A stretch of 64,000 nt of DNA. It comes from Rickettsiales bacterium. Lineage in GTDB: Bacteria > Pseudomonadota > Alphaproteobacteria > Rickettsiales > JAIXRX01. Position numbers and translations under genes: made by a program. The first letter of the stretch is position 1. Each line of letters starts with the position of its first letter. Below, piece by piece: positions 10,248-20,762 of the stretch. The stretch spans positions 32,345-96,344 of the forward strand of contig CBDFGH010000008.1 of the NCBI GenBank assembly GCA_965247145.1, read 5' to 3'. A model generated the notes under the pieces. That model saw only the letters and a list, made by a program, of their open reading frames with translations, ran no database searches and was not told the DNA's origin.

Positions 10248-11231
10248 CTAGTCCATCCCGTTGAACAGATCGGTGCTCAGGTAACGCTCGGCCATCGAAG
10301 CGACGATCACAACGATTTTCTTGCCTTTCATCTCCGGACGGCGTGCGATCTCGATCGCGGCGGCCAGGGTCGCGCCGGAGGAAATCCCGGCGGGGATGCC
10401 TTCCAGCCGCGCCGCCGTGCGCGCCGTGTCGAAAGCGGTCTGGTTGCTGATGCGGATGACTTCGTCGATCACGCTGTTATCCAACACCTCCGGCACGAAA
10501 CCCGCCCCGATGCCTTGGATTTTATGTGGCCCCGGCGCACCGCCGGAAAGCACGGGCGAATCCTCCGGCTCGACCGCGACGATCTTCACACCGGGCTTGC
10601 GTTTTTTCAAAATCTGCCCCACGCCCGTGATGCTGCCGCCGGTGCCGACGCCCGCCACAAACACATCCACTTCCCCGTTCGTATCGTTCCAGATTTCCTC
10701 CGCCGTGGTGATGCGGTGGATGCGCGGATTGGCCGCGTTCTCAAACTGCTGCAGCATCATCGCGTTCGGGCGCGAAGCCACGATCTCGGCAGCGCGGGCG
10801 ATGGCGCCTTTCATGCCCTGGGCGGCGGGCGTGAGTTCCAGCTCCGCCCCCAGCAGCTTCAGCATTTTCCGCCGCTCAACCGACATGCTCTCCGGCATGG
10901 TCAGCACCAGCTTATAGCCCTTGGCCGCACACACGAACGCGAGCGCGATGCCGGTATTGCCCGAGGTCGGCTCAACCAGCAAAGTATCTTTCGTCAGCTG
11001 CCCGCTGGCCTCCGCCATCTCGATCATCGAATCGGCGATGCGGTCTTTGATCGAGGAGAGCGGGTTGAAGAATTCGAGTTTGGCCAACACCTCGCCGCCC
11101 GCGCCTTCGGTCATTCGGTTCAGCCGCACCAGCGGCGTGTCCCCGATGGTGGCGAGCACGTTGTCGTAGATTTTCCCACGGCCATGGGTGCGCGGCGCTT
11201 CTTCGGCGAAAGGTTTGGGGGCGAGGCTCAT
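10248..11231 (-). CDS. cysK: Cysteine synthase A
   Basis: [18 protein letters not shown] (PLP lysine), [23 protein letters not shown]. Confidence 0.98.
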   Translation of the reverse strand: MSLAPKPFAEEAPRTHGRGKIYDNVLATIGDTPLVRLNRMTEGAGGEVLAKLEFFNPLSSIKDRIADSMIEMAEASGQLTKDTLLVEPTSGNTGIALAFVCAAKGYKLVLTMPESMSVERRKMLKLLGAELELTPAAQGMKGAIARAAEIVASRPNAMMLQQFENAANPRIHRITTAEEIWNDTNGEVDVFVAGVGTGGSITGVGQILKKRKPGVKIVAVEPEDSPVLSGGAPGPHKIQGIGAGFVPEVLDNSVIDEVIRISNQTAFDTARTAARLEGIPAGISSGATLAAAIEIARRPEMKGKKIVVIVASMAERYLSTDLFNGMD

Positions 11232-11247
11232 GTTCGGCTCCTGAATG

Positions 11248-11338
11248 CGTCATTCCCGCGCAGGCGGGAATCTTTGCGTTTGGCATTTCTCGCGAGAGAA
11301 AAGGCGGGTAAAGATTCCCGCCTGCACGGGAAATGACG
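11248..11338. repeat. Palindromic element with ATTCCC-N8-GGGAAT core
   Basis: CGTCATTCCCGCGCAGGCGGGAATC ... GATTCCCGCCTGCACGGGAAATGACG. Confidence 0.88.
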
Positions 11339-11354
11339 ATGGTGGTTAGGAAGA

Positions 11355-11813
11355 TCAGATAGCGTAATCGATGCGGATGGGGCGGGCTGGGGCAAGGCGT
11401 TGACGATGGGCCGAAAGGCATAAATCTTCCAGCGTGGTTCGTTTCAATCCTTCCAAGGCGCGCTGCAGGGCGGAGGACCAAACCGGGGCCAGCACATGCG
11501 CGGCGGGGCTGGCAGGATGCGCGGCAGGCATGGCATCATTGCCCAATTCCTCGGCGGCCATCACCACTTCCAGCAGCGTGATGGATTCGCGTGGCCGATC
11601 CAGCGCATAACCGCCGCGCGGCCCGCGCACGGAACGCAGCAGACCCGCATGCACCATGCGCTGCAAACGCGCCTCGAGATAGCGCGGCGGCAGGCCCAGT
11701 GTCTCGGCCAAGGCATTGGCGCGCAGCGGCTGTCCGGCGGGTGCCAGGGCCACGGTCAGCGCCGCTTCCGCTGCATGCATCCAAGCGGCGGGCCAGAGTG
11801 CGTCCGGGGGCAT
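11355..11813 (-). CDS. Rrf2-family transcriptional regulator
   Basis: LPPRYLE, LRSVRGPRGGYAL, ITLLEVV. ATG overlaps the dut stop; gene lies upstream of cysK. Confidence 0.9.
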   Translation of the reverse strand: MPPDALWPAAWMHAAEAALTVALAPAGQPLRANALAETLGLPPRYLEARLQRMVHAGLLRSVRGPRGGYALDRPRESITLLEVVMAAEELGNDAMPAAHPASPAAHVLAPVWSSALQRALEGLKRTTLEDLCLSAHRQRLAPARPIRIDYAI

Positions 11814-12283
11814 CAGCTGGCTTTGGCGGCGGTGCCGGTGGAACCGAAGCCGCCCTGCCCGCGCGCGGTTTCGCCCAGTGCGCTGCCGCTGTCCCATTCC
11901 ACCCGCGCATAAGGCGCGACGATCATTTGCGCGATGCGCATGCCGCGCGTGATCTCGAACGGCTCGGTGCCGTGGTTGATGAGCAGCACGCCCACCTCGC
12001 CGCGATAATCCGCGTCGATCGTGCCGGGCGCGTTCAGCACCGTCACGCCATGCTTGAAGGCCAGCCCGGAACGCGGGCGCACCTGCGCCTCGTAGCCTTC
12101 CGGCAGGGCGATGGAAAGGCCCGTGGGCACCAGCGCGTGGCGGCCCGGCGCAAGCACCATCGGCGCGGGGATGGCGGCGCATAGATCCATGCCCGCCGCA
12201 TGCAGGGTGGCATAATGCGGCAGTTCCAGCCCTTCGGCATGCGGCAGGGTCTGAATGGCGATGCGGACTGTGTCTTGGCTCAT
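11813..12283 (-). CDS. dut: dUTP diphosphatase
   Basis: [32 protein letters not shown]. Confidence 0.98.
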   Translation of the reverse strand: MSQDTVRIAIQTLPHAEGLELPHYATLHAAGMDLCAAIPAPMVLAPGRHALVPTGLSIALPEGYEAQVRPRSGLAFKHGVTVLNAPGTIDADYRGEVGVLLINHGTEPFEITRGMRIAQMIVAPYARVEWDSGSALGETARGQGGFGSTGTAAKAS

Positions 12284-13674
12284 GCAAGTTTCTTTCGTGG
12301 AATCGGTTTCTCGGGGCGGCGGGCTTCCTGCCAGGCGGCGATATCCGCGCCCAGGCGCTCGGCCAGCGCCACTTTCCGCAAGGTGCCCAGACGTTCGATG
12401 CTCGGCGCTTCGCCCGCGCGCGCGCCCGGCGCGGTGCGTTTGAACAGCACGATGTCGGTGATGTCCGCGCCGAAGACGCGGCCTTCGGCGGCGTTGGTCG
12501 CCACCAGCCAATCGCAGCCCTTGGCCAGCAGCTTGCCGCGCGCATAGGCCTCCAGCGCATGCGTTTCCGCACCGAACCCAATGACCAAAGCGGGGCGGTG
12601 TTTCGGGTGAATGCTGATATGCTGGAGAATGTCCGGATTGGCCTCGAGCTTAATGGTGGGCACCGAACCATCGGCGCGTTTCTTGATCTTCTGGCCCATC
12701 GGCTTGGCCACTTTCCAATCCGCCACCGCGGCGACGCCGATGAAGATGTCGGCGGGCAGCGAGGCTTCGCAGGCCTGCAGCATATCTTCCGCCGTGCGGA
12801 TGAGCACGAATTCCACGCCTTCCGGCGGGGTGAGCGCGGTCGGTCCGCTGATCAGCGTGACACGCGCACCAAGGCGCAGCAATTCGGCGGCGATCGCATA
12901 GCCCTGCTTGCCGGAGGAATGGTTGGAGAGATACCGCACGGGATCGAGCGGCTCCTGTGTGGGCCCGGCGGTGACAATGGCGTGGGTGTTCTGGAGAGGA
13001 CCAACTCCGGTAGTTGCCATCTCCCTCTCCCTAGAAGGGAGACTGAGTCGCGAGTCGACGAAGCTGAGGAGAGGGTGATTCTCAACAAGCGCGGGCACCC
13101 GTTGCGATTCACCCTCTCCCTGCCCTCTCCCTGCTAGGGAGAGGGGAATTTCATTGAGCACCGCCAGCATCTCACTCACCTCCGCCAGCCGCCCCTCGCC
13201 CACTTCACCGCAAGCCATCAATCCCGCTGCGGGTTCGATCACGCGCACGCCGTCCGCTTTCAGTTGCGCCAGGTTGCGCTGGGTCGCGGCATGCTGCCAC
13301 ATCGCCACATTCATCGCAGGCGCCACGAACACGGGCGCGCGGGTGGCGAGCAGCAGGGTGCTGGCCAGATCGTCCGCCCGCCCCTGGCTCATCTTCGCCA
13401 GCATGTCCGCGCTCGCAGGCGCGACCAGCACCGCATCCGCCTCGCGGGCGAGACGGATGTGGCCCATCTCGGTCTCGTCCTTCAGCGAAAACAGATCGGT
13501 ATAAGCGGGCGATTCGGCCAGAGCGGCGGCGGCCAGCGGCGTGATGAAAGCCTGCGCGCCCTGGGTCAGCACCGGCGTCACCCGCCATCCCGCCTCCCGT
13601 GCGCGGCGGATGAGATCGAGCGATTTATAAGCGGCGATGGAGCCGGTGATGATCAGCAGCAGATGTTTCGACAT
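12280..13674 (-). CDS. coaBC: Phosphopantothenoylcysteine decarboxylase/ligase, with in-frame palindromic insertion
   Basis: [58 protein letters not shown]. Confidence 0.97.
   Translation of the reverse strand: MSKHLLLIITGSIAAYKSLDLIRRAREAGWRVTPVLTQGAQAFITPLAAAALAESPAYTDLFSLKDETEMGHIRLAREADAVLVAPASADMLAKMSQGRADDLASTLLLATRAPVFVAPAMNVAMWQHAATQRNLAQLKADGVRVIEPAAGLMACGEVGEGRLAEVSEMLAVLNEIPLSLAGRGQGEGESQRVPALVENHPLLSFVDSRLSLPSREREMATTGVGPLQNTHAIVTAGPTQEPLDPVRYLSNHSSGKQGYAIAAELLRLGARVTLISGPTALTPPEGVEFVLIRTAEDMLQACEASLPADIFIGVAAVADWKVAKPMGQKIKKRADGSVPTIKLEANPDILQHISIHPKHRPALVIGFGAETHALEAYARGKLLAKGCDWLVATNAAEGRVFGADITDIVLFKRTAPGARAGEAPSIERLGTLRKVALAERLGADIAAWQEARRPEKPIPRKKLA
13022..13146. repeat. 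CCCTCTCCC/GGGAGAGGG palindromic element inserted in frame in coaBC
   Basis: CCCTCTCCCTAGAAGGGAGA...GGAGAGGGTGA ... TCACCCTCTCCCTGCCCTCTCCCTGCTAGGGAGAGGG; translated as [12 protein letters not shown]...SLPSRERE. Confidence 0.82.
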
Positions 13675-13733
13675 GCGCCGAAACTACCAGCCCTAGCCCC
13701 GATGGCAAGCATTCTGCGCGCCACAACTGTAGA

Positions 13734-13819
13734 ATCCGTCATTGCGAGCGCAGCGAAGCAATCCAGCCGCACCGCGCGTGGAGAAGCTGGATTACCACAC
13801 TGCGCTCGCAATGACGGAT
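13734..13819. repeat. Palindromic element (GTCATTGCGAG subfamily)
   Basis: ATCCGTCATTGCGAGCGCAG...AATCCAGC / GCTGGATT...CTGCGCTCGCAATGACGGAT inverted arms. Confidence 0.88.
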
Positions 13820-13905
13820 AGTTGATGCCTGCACGCGAACATCCGTATGGAATCCGGCTCTTATGTCTAAGAAAATGCGGCTTCATACCAACCAAGGAGC
13901 GCGCC

Positions 13906-14058
13906 ATGCCCAAGCAAAAAGAGCCCTGGGACACCCCCAACCCCAACAAACACCACCACACCCTCACCCCTGTCGAAAAAGCGAAGGCCAAGCGCCTTGC
14001 GAAGAAGGATGGGCGAAGCAAGCCGAGTTTGGTGGATAATATGAATGCGATGAAATGA
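13906..14058 (+). CDS. Small basic hypothetical protein (50 aa)
   Basis: AAGGAG RBS. The WDTPNP...AKAKRLAK...GR...LVDNM pattern resembles a widespread small uncharacterised protein. Confidence 0.7.
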   Translation: MPKQKEPWDTPNPNKHHHTLTPVEKAKAKRLAKKDGRSKPSLVDNMNAMK

Positions 14059-15522
14059 TTATGTGCGCTTAGAATCTTCGGAGCGCGCTTGCACTTCCTG
14101 CTCTAACCAGGATTCGAACTGCTGAAATAATTTCGGCAACCGCCCCAGCAACCCCTTCGCCTCCCCTGCATAAAACTTCACCCGCGCTTTCGGGCTGAAA
14201 TTGTCTTCCATCCATTCGCGGATGAGGGGTTCGGCGAGTTGCCACATGTTGATTTCGGGGTAGAGCATGCGGCCCACGCCTTCGGCTACCACCATGGTTT
14301 TCTGCAGCAGCAGCAGATGCGGCTGGGGGTGCATGTCGTAGGTTTCGGCGATGGTGATGAGCTGGCTGAGCAGCTGCCCCACCGAGATCTCGTTCAGCGG
14401 CTTGCCGGTGATGGGCTTGCCGATGGCGCGCGCCCCTTGCGCGAACTCCTCGATGCGGATGTGGCGGCCGATATAACCCGCCTCCGAATGCACCCGCGCC
14501 ACCATCAGGTAATCCTCGGTGAGGAAGCCATGGAGGATCTGCGCCAGCACCAGACGGTTCGGGTAATCGATGCGGCCCATGATGCCGAAATCCACCACCG
14601 CCAGTTTGCCCTCCGGCGTGACGAAGAGATTGCCGGGATGCAGGTCGGCATGGAAAAACCCGTCCCGGAACACCTGCTTGAAAAAGCTGTTGGCGGCGAT
14701 TTCGACGATGCGTTTGAGATCGTGGCCCGCCGCTTCGATGAGCGCGACGTCCGAGACCCGGATGCCATGGATGCGTTCGGTGGTCAGCACGCGGCAGGCG
14801 GTGCGCGCCCAATCCACGGCAGGCACGTAGAAATCCGCCTCGTCCGCCATATTCTCCGCCAGCTCCACGGCGGCGGCGGCCTCGAAACGCAGATCCAGCT
14901 CCAGCCGCATGGAAACGGCGAAGGTCTCGACCATTTCCTTGTGCCGGAAGCGCTTCAATTCGGGGCGGATGCGGTCGATGGTTTCGGCCAGCCAGAAGAA
15001 AAGTTCGATATCGCGCGCGATGGCTTGGGCGATGCCCGGACGCACGATCTTCACCGCCACTTCGCGCCCATCCGTCGTCACCGCGAAATGCACCTGGGCG
15101 ATGGAGGCGGCAGCCACCGGCACATCCTCGAACGCGATGAATTTCTCACTGATCGGTGTGTTCAGCTCCGCCTCGATGATGGCGCGGGCCTGTTCGGTGG
15201 GAAAAGCCGGAAGCCGGTCGCGCAGATGCGCGAGGCCCAGCGCCACTTCCTCGCCCACCAGATCGGCGCGGGTGGAAAGACTCTGGCCGAATTTGATGAA
15301 GCTCGGCCCCATCGCTTCCAGGGCATGGGCCAGCCGCAAACCGGGGCCTTTATCCCGCAGCGAACGGCGGCGAATGAAGTGCCCGAGACCCATCAAAGCA
15401 CTCGGCGGATTCAGCGCATCGAACACGAACAAAGAGTCGTGCCGGGCAAGGGTCCAGCCGATGCCGAAGACGCGGGCGCTGTTGCGCAGCTGGCGGAAAA
15501 CGCGGCGCAGGAAACCGAACAT
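14059..15522 (-). CDS. ubiB: Ubiquinone biosynthesis kinase-like protein UbiB
   Basis: GPSFIKFGQSLSTRAD, AAASIAQVH, VAVK, FFHADLHPGN, DFGIMG. Confidence 0.97.
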   Translation of the reverse strand: MFGFLRRVFRQLRNSARVFGIGWTLARHDSLFVFDALNPPSALMGLGHFIRRRSLRDKGPGLRLAHALEAMGPSFIKFGQSLSTRADLVGEEVALGLAHLRDRLPAFPTEQARAIIEAELNTPISEKFIAFEDVPVAAASIAQVHFAVTTDGREVAVKIVRPGIAQAIARDIELFFWLAETIDRIRPELKRFRHKEMVETFAVSMRLELDLRFEAAAAVELAENMADEADFYVPAVDWARTACRVLTTERIHGIRVSDVALIEAAGHDLKRIVEIAANSFFKQVFRDGFFHADLHPGNLFVTPEGKLAVVDFGIMGRIDYPNRLVLAQILHGFLTEDYLMVARVHSEAGYIGRHIRIEEFAQGARAIGKPITGKPLNEISVGQLLSQLITIAETYDMHPQPHLLLLQKTMVVAEGVGRMLYPEINMWQLAEPLIREWMEDNFSPKARVKFYAGEAKGLLGRLPKLFQQFESWLEQEVQARSEDSKRT

Positions 15523-16275
15523 CTAGACCCTCCAACCGCGATGGATCGCGACCACGCCCGCGCTCAGCGCGCGCGCCGAAACATTGGCGAAGCCCGCCTC
15601 GCGCATCATGGCGGCGAAAGTCTCGCGGTCGGGGAAACGGCGGATGCTTTCGACGAGATACTGGTAGGAGTCGCGGTCTTTTGCCAGCAACCCGCCCAAG
15701 GGCGGAATCGCCGTGAAGGAATAGGCGTCGTACAATTTGCGCAAGGGCGCGGGCGAGACGTTGGAAAATTCCAGGCAGGCGAACAATCCGCCCGGTTTCA
15801 GCACGCGTGTGGCCTCGCGCAAAGCAGCGGGGATGTCCGTTACGTTGCGGATGCCGAAGGCGATGGTGACGATGTCGAAACTCGCATCCGCAAAAGGCAG
15901 TTTTTCCGCATTGCCGCAGGCCCATCGCAGATCGCGCCAGTTGCGGTCGGTCGCGCGGTTCTGACCCACACGCAGCATTTCGTGGTTGATGTCGCAGAGG
16001 GTGATGCCGACGGCTAATTGCTGCGCCTCGGCGCGCTCGCTCATGCGGAAAGCGATGTCGCCCGTGCCGCCGGCAAGATCGAGCATGGTAAGGTTCGCGC
16101 GCAAGGGCAGTCCCGCCACGAATTCGCGCTTCCATAAGCGATGCACGCCCAGGCTCATCGCATCGTTCATCACGTCGTAGCTTTGCGCCACGCCATCGAA
16201 CACCGCGCGCACACGGCCCTGCTTCTCTTCCCAGGGAATGTCGGTGAATCCGAAATGGGTGGTTTTTTCCTGCAT
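15523..16275 (-). CDS. ubiE: Ubiquinone/menaquinone C-methyltransferase
   Basis: THFGF, YDVMNDAMSLGVHRLWK, LDLAGGTGD, YQYLVESIRRFP. Confidence 0.98.
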   Translation of the reverse strand: MQEKTTHFGFTDIPWEEKQGRVRAVFDGVAQSYDVMNDAMSLGVHRLWKREFVAGLPLRANLTMLDLAGGTGDIAFRMSERAEAQQLAVGITLCDINHEMLRVGQNRATDRNWRDLRWACGNAEKLPFADASFDIVTIAFGIRNVTDIPAALREATRVLKPGGLFACLEFSNVSPAPLRKLYDAYSFTAIPPLGGLLAKDRDSYQYLVESIRRFPDRETFAAMMREAGFANVSARALSAGVVAIHRGWRV

Positions 16276-16364
16276 GCGGTGGTTCTACCGCGCAGGCCGC
16301 GCGCGCGCCAGTGCAAATACGCACGCACCGCGCTATATAGGCGGCATCATTCAGCGAGGAAACC

Positions 16365-17246
16365 ATGCCCGAATTGCCCGAAGTCGAAACCGTGCGCCGC
16401 GGGCTGGAGCCGCATCTGCTCGGGCAGCGCATCACGAAAATCGAGACCATGCGGGCGGATGTGCGGCGCCCTTTTCCGCCGCATCTGGCCGCATCGCTCG
16501 AAGGCGCGACCGTCATCCGCGTGGGGCGGCGGGCGAAATATCTGCTGTTGGATACCGACCGCGGCCAGACCACGCTGGTGCACTTGGGCATGAGCGGCAA
16601 GCTGCTGCTGCGCCCTGCCCGCCCCAACGCCTTGGATAAGCACGACCATCTGCTGATGAGCCTCGCTTCCGGCCAAGTGCTGGTCTTCAACGATGCGCGC
16701 CGGTTCGGGCTGTGGGAACTGGCCGAAACCGAACATCTGGACGAGCATCCCCTGTTGTCCCATCTCGGCCCGGAACCTTTGTCGGCGGATTTCGACGCGG
16801 ATTATCTGCAGGCGGCGCTGGCCAAGCGCAGCGGGCCGCTCAAACCGGTGCTGATGGATCAGGCGCTGGTGGTGGGGGTAGGTAATATCTATGCCGCCGA
16901 GGCCTTGTTCCGCGCACGCCTGCACCCCCAATTGCCCGCCCATACGCTCGGCAAGTTGCAGGTCAGGATTCTGGTGCCCGCCATCCGCCAAGTATTGGAA
17001 GAAGCCATCGAATCCGGCGGCTCGACCCTGCGGGATTACGTGCGCTCGGACGGGGATGCGGGCTATTTCCAACATCATTTCGCGGTGTATGGCCGCACAG
17101 GCAAGCCCTGCACCCGCTGCGCCACCCCCGTCGAGCAGATCGTGCAAGCCGGACGCAGCACATTCTTTTGTCCCAATTGCCAAAAAGCAACGGGCGGAAA
17201 AAAGCTGCCGCCCAAAGCCAAGCGCCCTGCGGCGTCAGGCAAATAA
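16365..17246 (+). CDS. mutM: Formamidopyrimidine-DNA glycosylase
   Basis: MPELPEVET, HLGMSG, GVGNIYAAE, C-terminal zinc finger CTRC...CPNC. Confidence 0.98.
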   Translation: MPELPEVETVRRGLEPHLLGQRITKIETMRADVRRPFPPHLAASLEGATVIRVGRRAKYLLLDTDRGQTTLVHLGMSGKLLLRPARPNALDKHDHLLMSLASGQVLVFNDARRFGLWELAETEHLDEHPLLSHLGPEPLSADFDADYLQAALAKRSGPLKPVLMDQALVVGVGNIYAAEALFRARLHPQLPAHTLGKLQVRILVPAIRQVLEEAIESGGSTLRDYVRSDGDAGYFQHHFAVYGRTGKPCTRCATPVEQIVQAGRSTFFCPNCQKATGGKKLPPKAKRPAASGK

Positions 17247-17296
17247 CTGGCGGATTTCTGCGGCTTTGCGGTGGGGATAAAATTACACAAAGCTGC

Positions 17297-17325
17297 TTGA
17301 CTTCACCCCGCCGCGTGGTTACGTT
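17297..17325 (+). promoter_or_regulatory. Putative sigma70 promoter for rpsT
   Basis: TTGACT-17 bp-TACGTT about 160 bp upstream of rpsT. Confidence 0.55.
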
Positions 17326-17486
17326 CACACCTCCTTAAGACATTCCCACCCGGGCAGCGATGCTCGAAAAATACTCTCCGGGTTCACGCCCGCACCGCCC
17401 ACCCTCCGCATCGAAAAATCGCCACACGATTCCGATCCGGCCCGCATCATTTCGATACAAAAAATTTAGCAGAGAACGATTCCACC

Positions 17487-17753
17487 ATGGCTCACCACAA
17501 ATCCGCACAGAAGCGCATCCGCCAAACCGAGACGCGCACCGCGGTCAACCGCGCCCGTACCAGCCGCATCAAAACCTTCATCAAGAAGGTCGAAAGCGCC
17601 ATCGCCGCCGGTGACCAATCCGCCGCCGCCGAAGCCTTCAAAATCGCGCAGCCCGAAATCGCGCGTGGCGTGACCAAAGGCGTGCTGAAGAAAAACACCG
17701 CTTCGCGCCGCATCAGCCGTCTGGCCGCAGGTCTGAAGAAACTGGCCGCCTAA
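17487..17753 (+). CDS. rpsT: 30S ribosomal protein S20
   Basis: [13 protein letters not shown]...[11 protein letters not shown]. Confidence 0.98.
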   Translation: MAHHKSAQKRIRQTETRTAVNRARTSRIKTFIKKVESAIAAGDQSAAAEAFKIAQPEIARGVTKGVLKKNTASRRISRLAAGLKKLAA

Positions 17754-17908
17754 GGCACGCCCCGGCGGCTTCGCCCGCCGGGATCGAGACCAAAAGCACA
17801 AGATCCAAAAGCATCAACACCGGTGGGCATTGCTACACCGGGGCAGGATTCTATTGTCCGACAGCGTGCACCCGCGCCGGGCCGAACAGAAAACGGGAGA
17901 GCAACATC

Positions 17909-18388
17909 ATGTTGCAGGACGCCTCACTGCGCGAGTTGAACGCGCGCGCGCTTGCCGGATTGGCCATGGCCGATCCGCGCGCGATCGACGTCTCCCCCGA
18001 GGAGGCCTGGGCTGTGCTCGGTCAGGAAGAAACCGCCCAACTGATCGATGTGCGTACCACGGCGGAATGGAGTTTCGTCGGCGTGCCGCATTTGCGCGAT
18101 CTGGGTAAAAACTTCACCGCTCTTTCTTGGCGTAATTTTCCGGATTTCGCGCCCAACGAACAATTCGCCGCGCGCCTCTGTGCCCAATTCCCCGATAAAT
18201 CCACGCCGCTCTTTTTCCTGTGCCGCAGCGGCGGTCGCTCGCTCGATGCGGCCCTCGCCATGCGCGAGATGGGGTATGCAGCGTCTTTCAATATCGCCGG
18301 TGGTTTCGAAGGCGACCTCGATCAGGCACGCCACCGAAGTCAGCGCAATGGATGGAAAGCCGCCGGGCTTCCCTGGGAACAAAGTTAA
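17909..18388 (+). CDS. Rhodanese-like sulfurtransferase
   Basis: LIDVRT.AEW.FVG, CRSGGRS active loop, GGFEG, GWKAAGLPW. Confidence 0.92.
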   Translation: MLQDASLRELNARALAGLAMADPRAIDVSPEEAWAVLGQEETAQLIDVRTTAEWSFVGVPHLRDLGKNFTALSWRNFPDFAPNEQFAARLCAQFPDKSTPLFFLCRSGGRSLDAALAMREMGYAASFNIAGGFEGDLDQARHRSQRNGWKAAGLPWEQS

Positions 18389-18498
18389 GCACCGAAGACC
18401 CAAAGCACCGAAGACCGACAAACGAACCGCAGAGTTCCGAAGAACAAAACCAAAAAGACCATCGCATCCAACATCCGTAGCAGGGGAAATTTCCGCAT

Positions 18499-19944
18499 AT
18501 GAGCCAGCCCACCGCCTCCACCGTTCTCGCCTTGCACCCCGCGGCATCCGCCGCGCTGCCCGCCAGCTTCACCCAGGCCTGGGGCCGCGTGCGCGAAACG
18601 CTGCGCGCCAAACTGGGAGATGCTACGTTTCGCAGCTGGATCTCGCCGCTGGCGCTGCTCAGCCTGGATCAGGACACCGTGAATCTCGGGGCGCCCACGC
18701 GCTTCGTGCGCGAATGGGTTTCCTCGCATTACATCGAAACGCTGCGCGATGCGTGGCGTGTGGAGTTGTCGGCGGTGAATTATGTCGCCGTCACCGTTAG
18801 CCGCGACGGCGCGCAGACGCCTGCCGAACCCGCCGCGCCTACGCTCATCCTCGAGCCCGCTGCGCGTGCTTTCCCCGCCATCGAAGCGGACGGCGTCAGC
18901 GCTCCGCTCGATCCGCGCTATACGTTCGATCACTTCGTGGTCGGCAAACCGAACGAGCTGGCGCATGCCGCCGCGCGCCGTGTGGCCGAAAGCACCTCCG
19001 CCATTCCCGGCGGCAATCCGCTGTTTCTCTATGGCGGCGTGGGCCTGGGCAAAACCCACCTGATGCATGCCATCGCCTGGCATATCCGTCGCACGCAGCC
19101 GGAACGCAAGGTGCTCTATCTCTCGGCCGAGAAATTCATGTATCAATTCATCCGCGCGCTGCGCTCGCGCGAGGCGATGGAGTTCAAGGAACTCTTCCGC
19201 AGCGTGGACGTGCTGATGATCGACGATGTGCAATTCATCAGCGGCAAGGATTCGACGCAGGAAGAATTTTTCCACACCTTCAATGCGCTGATCGACCAGA
19301 ACAAGCAGCTTGTCATCTCCGGCGACCGCAGCCCGAGCGATCTCGACGGCTTCGAAGAGCGCGTGCGCAGCCGCCTGGGCTGGGGCCTGGTCGCCGACAT
19401 CCACACCACCAGCTACGAATTGCGCCTGGGCATTCTGCAGGCGAAGCTCGAAGCCTTGCAGAAAGGCGCTCAGGGCCATGGCGTAACGGTGCCGCAGAAA
19501 GTGCTGGAGCTGCTCGCCCATCGCATCACCTCCAACGTGCGGGTGCTGGAAGGCGCGCTGAACCGCCTGGTGGCGCATGCCACACTCGTCGGCACGCCCG
19601 TCACGATCGAGAGCACCGGCTTGGTGCTGCATGATCTGCTGCTCGCCCATGACCGCCGCCTGACCATCGACGAAATCCAGAAGCAGGTGGCAGCCCACTA
19701 CAACATCAAGCTCTCGGACATGCATTCCGCCCGTCGCAGCCGCGTGGTGGCACGCCCGCGCCAGGTGGCGATGTATCTGGCCAAACAGCTCACCAGCAAA
19801 AGCCTGCCCGAAATCGGTCGCAAATTCGGCGGCAAGGATCACACTACCGTCATGCATGCGGTCAAACGCATCGACGAACTGATGCAGGCCGATTGCGAAA
19901 TCGCCGATGACGTGGCGCTGTTGATGCGGCTGCTGCAGAGTTAG
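18499..19944 (+). CDS. dnaA: Chromosomal replication initiator
   Basis: YTFDHFVVG, GGVGLGKTHL, IDDVQF, NVRVLEGAL, GGKDHTTV. Confidence 0.99.
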   Translation: MSQPTASTVLALHPAASAALPASFTQAWGRVRETLRAKLGDATFRSWISPLALLSLDQDTVNLGAPTRFVREWVSSHYIETLRDAWRVELSAVNYVAVTVSRDGAQTPAEPAAPTLILEPAARAFPAIEADGVSAPLDPRYTFDHFVVGKPNELAHAAARRVAESTSAIPGGNPLFLYGGVGLGKTHLMHAIAWHIRRTQPERKVLYLSAEKFMYQFIRALRSREAMEFKELFRSVDVLMIDDVQFISGKDSTQEEFFHTFNALIDQNKQLVISGDRSPSDLDGFEERVRSRLGWGLVADIHTTSYELRLGILQAKLEALQKGAQGHGVTVPQKVLELLAHRITSNVRVLEGALNRLVAHATLVGTPVTIESTGLVLHDLLLAHDRRLTIDEIQKQVAAHYNIKLSDMHSARRSRVVARPRQVAMYLAKQLTSKSLPEIGRKFGGKDHTTVMHAVKRIDELMQADCEIADDVALLMRLLQS

Positions 19945-19962
19945 CGAGCGAGCGAACAAACT

Positions 19963-19998
19963 AAAAAAAAGGGCCGCTCTGTAGAGCGGCCCTTTTTT
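19963..19998. terminator. Bidirectional intrinsic terminator
   Basis: AAAAAAAAGGGCCGCTCT-GT-AGAGCGGCCCTTTTTT between convergent dnaA and redoxin genes. Confidence 0.92.
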
Positions 19999-20012
19999 GG
20001 CTGGAAAAACGA

Positions 20013-20660
20013 TCAGTATTTTACACTGCAGCCATAAGGCTGGGTGGCTGCGGTTTCTACTTTTTTACCCGCCTGCAGAGATTTTACCGCTTCGCGCACG
20101 TAGTTCTTGGCACTTTGAATATCGGCCAAATCCGGGGTGGGTTTGTCGTCGAGCGCGCCCTGATAGGCGAGCATGCCGCCCTTATCGATGACGAACATGT
20201 GGGGCGTGGTCTTGGCATGGTAGAGACGACCCAATGCACCGTCTTTCCCGTCGAGCACCAGCGCGGTCGGATGGGCGTCGGCGTCGTGGATGAAAGTGTT
20301 GGCGGTGTCGGCGGTCAGATACCCTTCCTTGCCTTCGGCCGACGAATCGACGCTGAGCCAGATCACGCCCTTGCCGGTCAATTCCTTCTGCAGATTCTGC
20401 ATATTGCCGCCATCGCCGACATTGGAATAATGCTTTTTGATGAAAGGACAGCCGGGATTCATCCATTCCAGCACCACGATCTTGCCTTTGTAGGCGCTCA
20501 ATTTCTGGGTTTTACCGTGACTGTCGGTGGCGGTGAAATCCGGCGCGGGTTTGCCGATCTCCAGCGGTGCGGAAGGCGCTTCGATGGCGAAAGCGGGCAC
20601 GGCGAAAGCGAGAGCCGAACCGCCGAGCAAGGCGGCGAAAGCGAGGGAAGCGAGGCGCAT
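20013..20660 (-). CDS. Periplasmic redoxin (AhpC/TSA-like thioredoxin family)
   Basis: Signal peptide, APDFT, LEWMNPGCPF, AKTTPHMFVID, PYGCSVKY. Confidence 0.9.
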   Translation of the reverse strand: MRLASLAFAALLGGSALAFAVPAFAIEAPSAPLEIGKPAPDFTATDSHGKTQKLSAYKGKIVVLEWMNPGCPFIKKHYSNVGDGGNMQNLQKELTGKGVIWLSVDSSAEGKEGYLTADTANTFIHDADAHPTALVLDGKDGALGRLYHAKTTPHMFVIDKGGMLAYQGALDDKPTPDLADIQSAKNYVREAVKSLQAGKKVETAATQPYGCSVKY

Positions 20661-20676
20661 GAAAAGTCTCCTGGTT

Positions 20677-20750
20677 CGTCATCCTGCGCGAAGTCGCAGG
20701 ATCTCTGAATTATCTTGGCACGGAATCCTGCGACTTCGCGCAGGATGACG
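20677..20750. repeat. Palindromic REP/RPE-like element (GTCATCCTGCG subfamily)
   Basis: Same arms as 882-957 with a different spacer. Confidence 0.9.
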
Positions 20751-20762
20751 CGAGCGGCAAAC

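Noticed and set aside
17761-17782. Hairpin after rpsT as a terminator
   Set aside because: GC stem present but no U-tract, so termination is not supported; read-through into rhodanese-dnaA is plausible.
17247-18498. Replication origin near dnaA
   Set aside because: Only one imperfect DnaA-box-like 9-mer noticed (TGGGGATAA, 17272-17280); no box cluster or extended AT-rich unwinding region.
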